DNA of 64,000 nucleotides from Candidatus Bathyarchaeota archaeon (GTDB lineage Archaea > Thermoproteota > Bathyarchaeia > Bathyarchaeales > Bathycorpusculaceae): NCBI GenBank assembly GCA_963826715.1, contig CAWGYA010000002.1:32001-96000 (forward strand), written 5' to 3'. Shown here piece by piece: positions 62,426 to 64,000 of this stretch. The stretch's first letter is position 1; each line of letters opens with the position of its first letter. A program made the position numbers and the translations under genes. The notes under the pieces are model-generated. The model was not told where the DNA came from. It made no database searches and saw only the letters and a list, made by a program, of their open reading frames with translations.

Positions 62426-62672
62426 TATCAAGGGCTTGGAAATTCCGCATACGTAATAATGCATGCTTTAGAATCAGCATATGAACCACATATCTGATAA
62501 AAAATCACATCAAACCGAGCACAGGAAATTTTAGGAACCGAAACTTTTCCTTAGTTATCATTTAAAAGATTTTTATCAAGTTGCGAAAAGAACAAGAGAG
62601 TTATACCAAGCGCTGACTTGGAGGAAGAAAATCTTATAAAGAAATCAATCTTAATGAAGTGTAGGGATTAAA

Positions 62673-62957
62673 TTGGAAAAAGTATTAGAAATGATAGGAA
62701 AAATGGTATTTGCACAAGATTTCGTTTTAGGCAAAGTCACAAATGTTCTCTTTGACCCTGAAGACCTCAAAATATCGCATCTGGAAATCGAATTAAACAA
62801 TAAAGCTACCAGTGAATTATTCGGTGCAAAAAAAGCATTCAAAAACAATCTTGCCATTTCAGCTCTCAAAGAAGGCGCCCAAGCTTTTTCAGGAAGAGGC
62901 ATAGAGCTCAAAGTCAGCAAAGGGCAACTAAACATTTACCTACGGCCTACTACATAA
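62673..62957 (+). CDS. PRC-barrel domain protein, paralog of 58939-59232
   Basis: Shared KI.HLEIEL...A..E..GA, N.LAISAL..G and GI.L.V.K.QL.IYLRP. Confidence 0.75.
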   Translation: MEKVLEMIGKMVFAQDFVLGKVTNVLFDPEDLKISHLEIELNNKATSELFGAKKAFKNNLAISALKEGAQAFSGRGIELKVSKGQLNIYLRPTT

Positions 62958-63404
62958 CAACCTTTTTTGACCATATTAAATTTCTTTTTTGATTTTTTTA
63001 TAATTAATTATTATGAGTTAGTATAATTTTTTCCTGAAGAATAAAATCCTGAAAAACACCCTTTAAGATCCTTCCTCACATGCCTGCCTTCAAACGTGTA
63101 TTTTCTCGACTAATCCACTTTATAGAGAGTAGTTAATGGTTTAGTTTGATCTATTTCTGAAAAACATCTTACCGATGATACCAATCAATTATAGCTTCGC
63201 AGACTTTTTTTGAATACCCACAACTTGGAAGAGTAGCAAAAACAGAATCTATTTTGGCGTAGTCAATTACAGCATTCATACGTAAATTCTGATATTTTAG
63301 CATATAAATTATATGGATTCTAGTTAACAACGTATATTTGTAGAACAACAATACAGAATTAGTTATCGTTTAAGAAAGCATAGGGGAACACTTATGAATC
63401 ATTT

Positions 63405-64000
63405 TCATAGGCGGAACTTTCGACTCTTGGAAACATCTGAGCCGAACTCTTTTGCCAGTTGTTCAAGCAGAGCCTTTTGGCTTGCAGTCAGCTTCTCAGG
63501 TACATGGATACCAATACGGAGAAATAAATCGCCTTTTCCGTACCCACGAAAACGAGGCATTCCTTTTCCTCTCAAAGTAATGACATCACCCACCTGAGTT
63601 CCCGGGCGAACTTTAACTAATGTTGATCCTTCCAGCGTTGGTACCGAAATATCTGCTCCCAAAGCCGCTTGGGGATAAGTTATCATAGCTATGTGCCAGA
63701 GATCATCACCTTCGCGGACGAACTGAGGATGCTGCCGCACATGAACAAGCACATACAAATCTCCCGGTTCACTGGTGCTTGATGAATATTCTCCCTCACC
63801 CCGCAACCGAAGCTGATAACCTTCATCTATGCCTGACGGTATTTTCACAGTAATTCTTCGACGCTTTCGCATAAGACCTGACCCGTGGCAGTTGCTACAT
63901 AATGTATCTATAAGTTTCCCCCTGCCTTTGCATGTAGGACAAGCAGAAACCTGCATATACATTGCGAAACCGGCTTTACGCATATTTTGAACTTTACCTG
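63405..64000 (-). CDS. dnaJ: Chaperone DnaJ, 5'-truncated by the window edge
   Basis: CPTCKGRG and CSNCHGSG repeats; VKIPSGID.G..LRL.GEG, GDL and QAALG C-terminal domain. Confidence 0.93.
   Translation of the reverse strand, partial: GKVQNMRKAGFAMYMQVSACPTCKGRGKLIDTLCSNCHGSGLMRKRRRITVKIPSGIDEGYQLRLRGEGEYSSSTSEPGDLYVLVHVRQHPQFVREGDDLWHIAMITYPQAALGADISVPTLEGSTLVKVRPGTQVGDVITLRGKGMPRFRGYGKGDLFLRIGIHVPEKLTASQKALLEQLAKEFGSDVSKSRKFRL

Overview
Archaeal chromosomal DNA, most likely Candidatus Bathyarchaeia. This is inferred from rpl38e, tsr3, psmA, dnaJ, a NosD-type surface protein and the integrase type. The core contains housekeeping and salvage genes (pncA, nnr, tsr3, apt, mtnP), an ABC transporter, regulators, tRNA-Ser(UGA), tRNA-Val(GAC) and the RNase P RNA gene. 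Main result: two related ~5-kb integrated elements, each with a tyrosine integrase, an HUH rolling-circle Rep, a winged-helix regulator and defence-like cargo, and both inserted in non-tRNA ncRNA genes. Element 1 (5183-10511) lies in the 3' end of the RNase P RNA gene, bounded by a 19/20-bp direct repeat. Element 2 (54563-59683) lies in the 5' end of a box C/D sRNA not in the ORF track, bounded by a 23-bp direct repeat. The D' guide of that sRNA predicts the P-loop methylation Gm2251 (E. coli numbering) of 23S rRNA. Both integrase-proximal junctions carry an element-encoded inverted copy of about 10 bp of the target gene, and an identical 30-bp hairpin links the two loci. A third, decayed ~9.7-kb island at tRNA-Val carries ppsA, a P3A H+-ATPase, a phosphohexomutase and glgP/gap fragments. 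All family assignments are by motif recognition; no database searches or folding programs were run.
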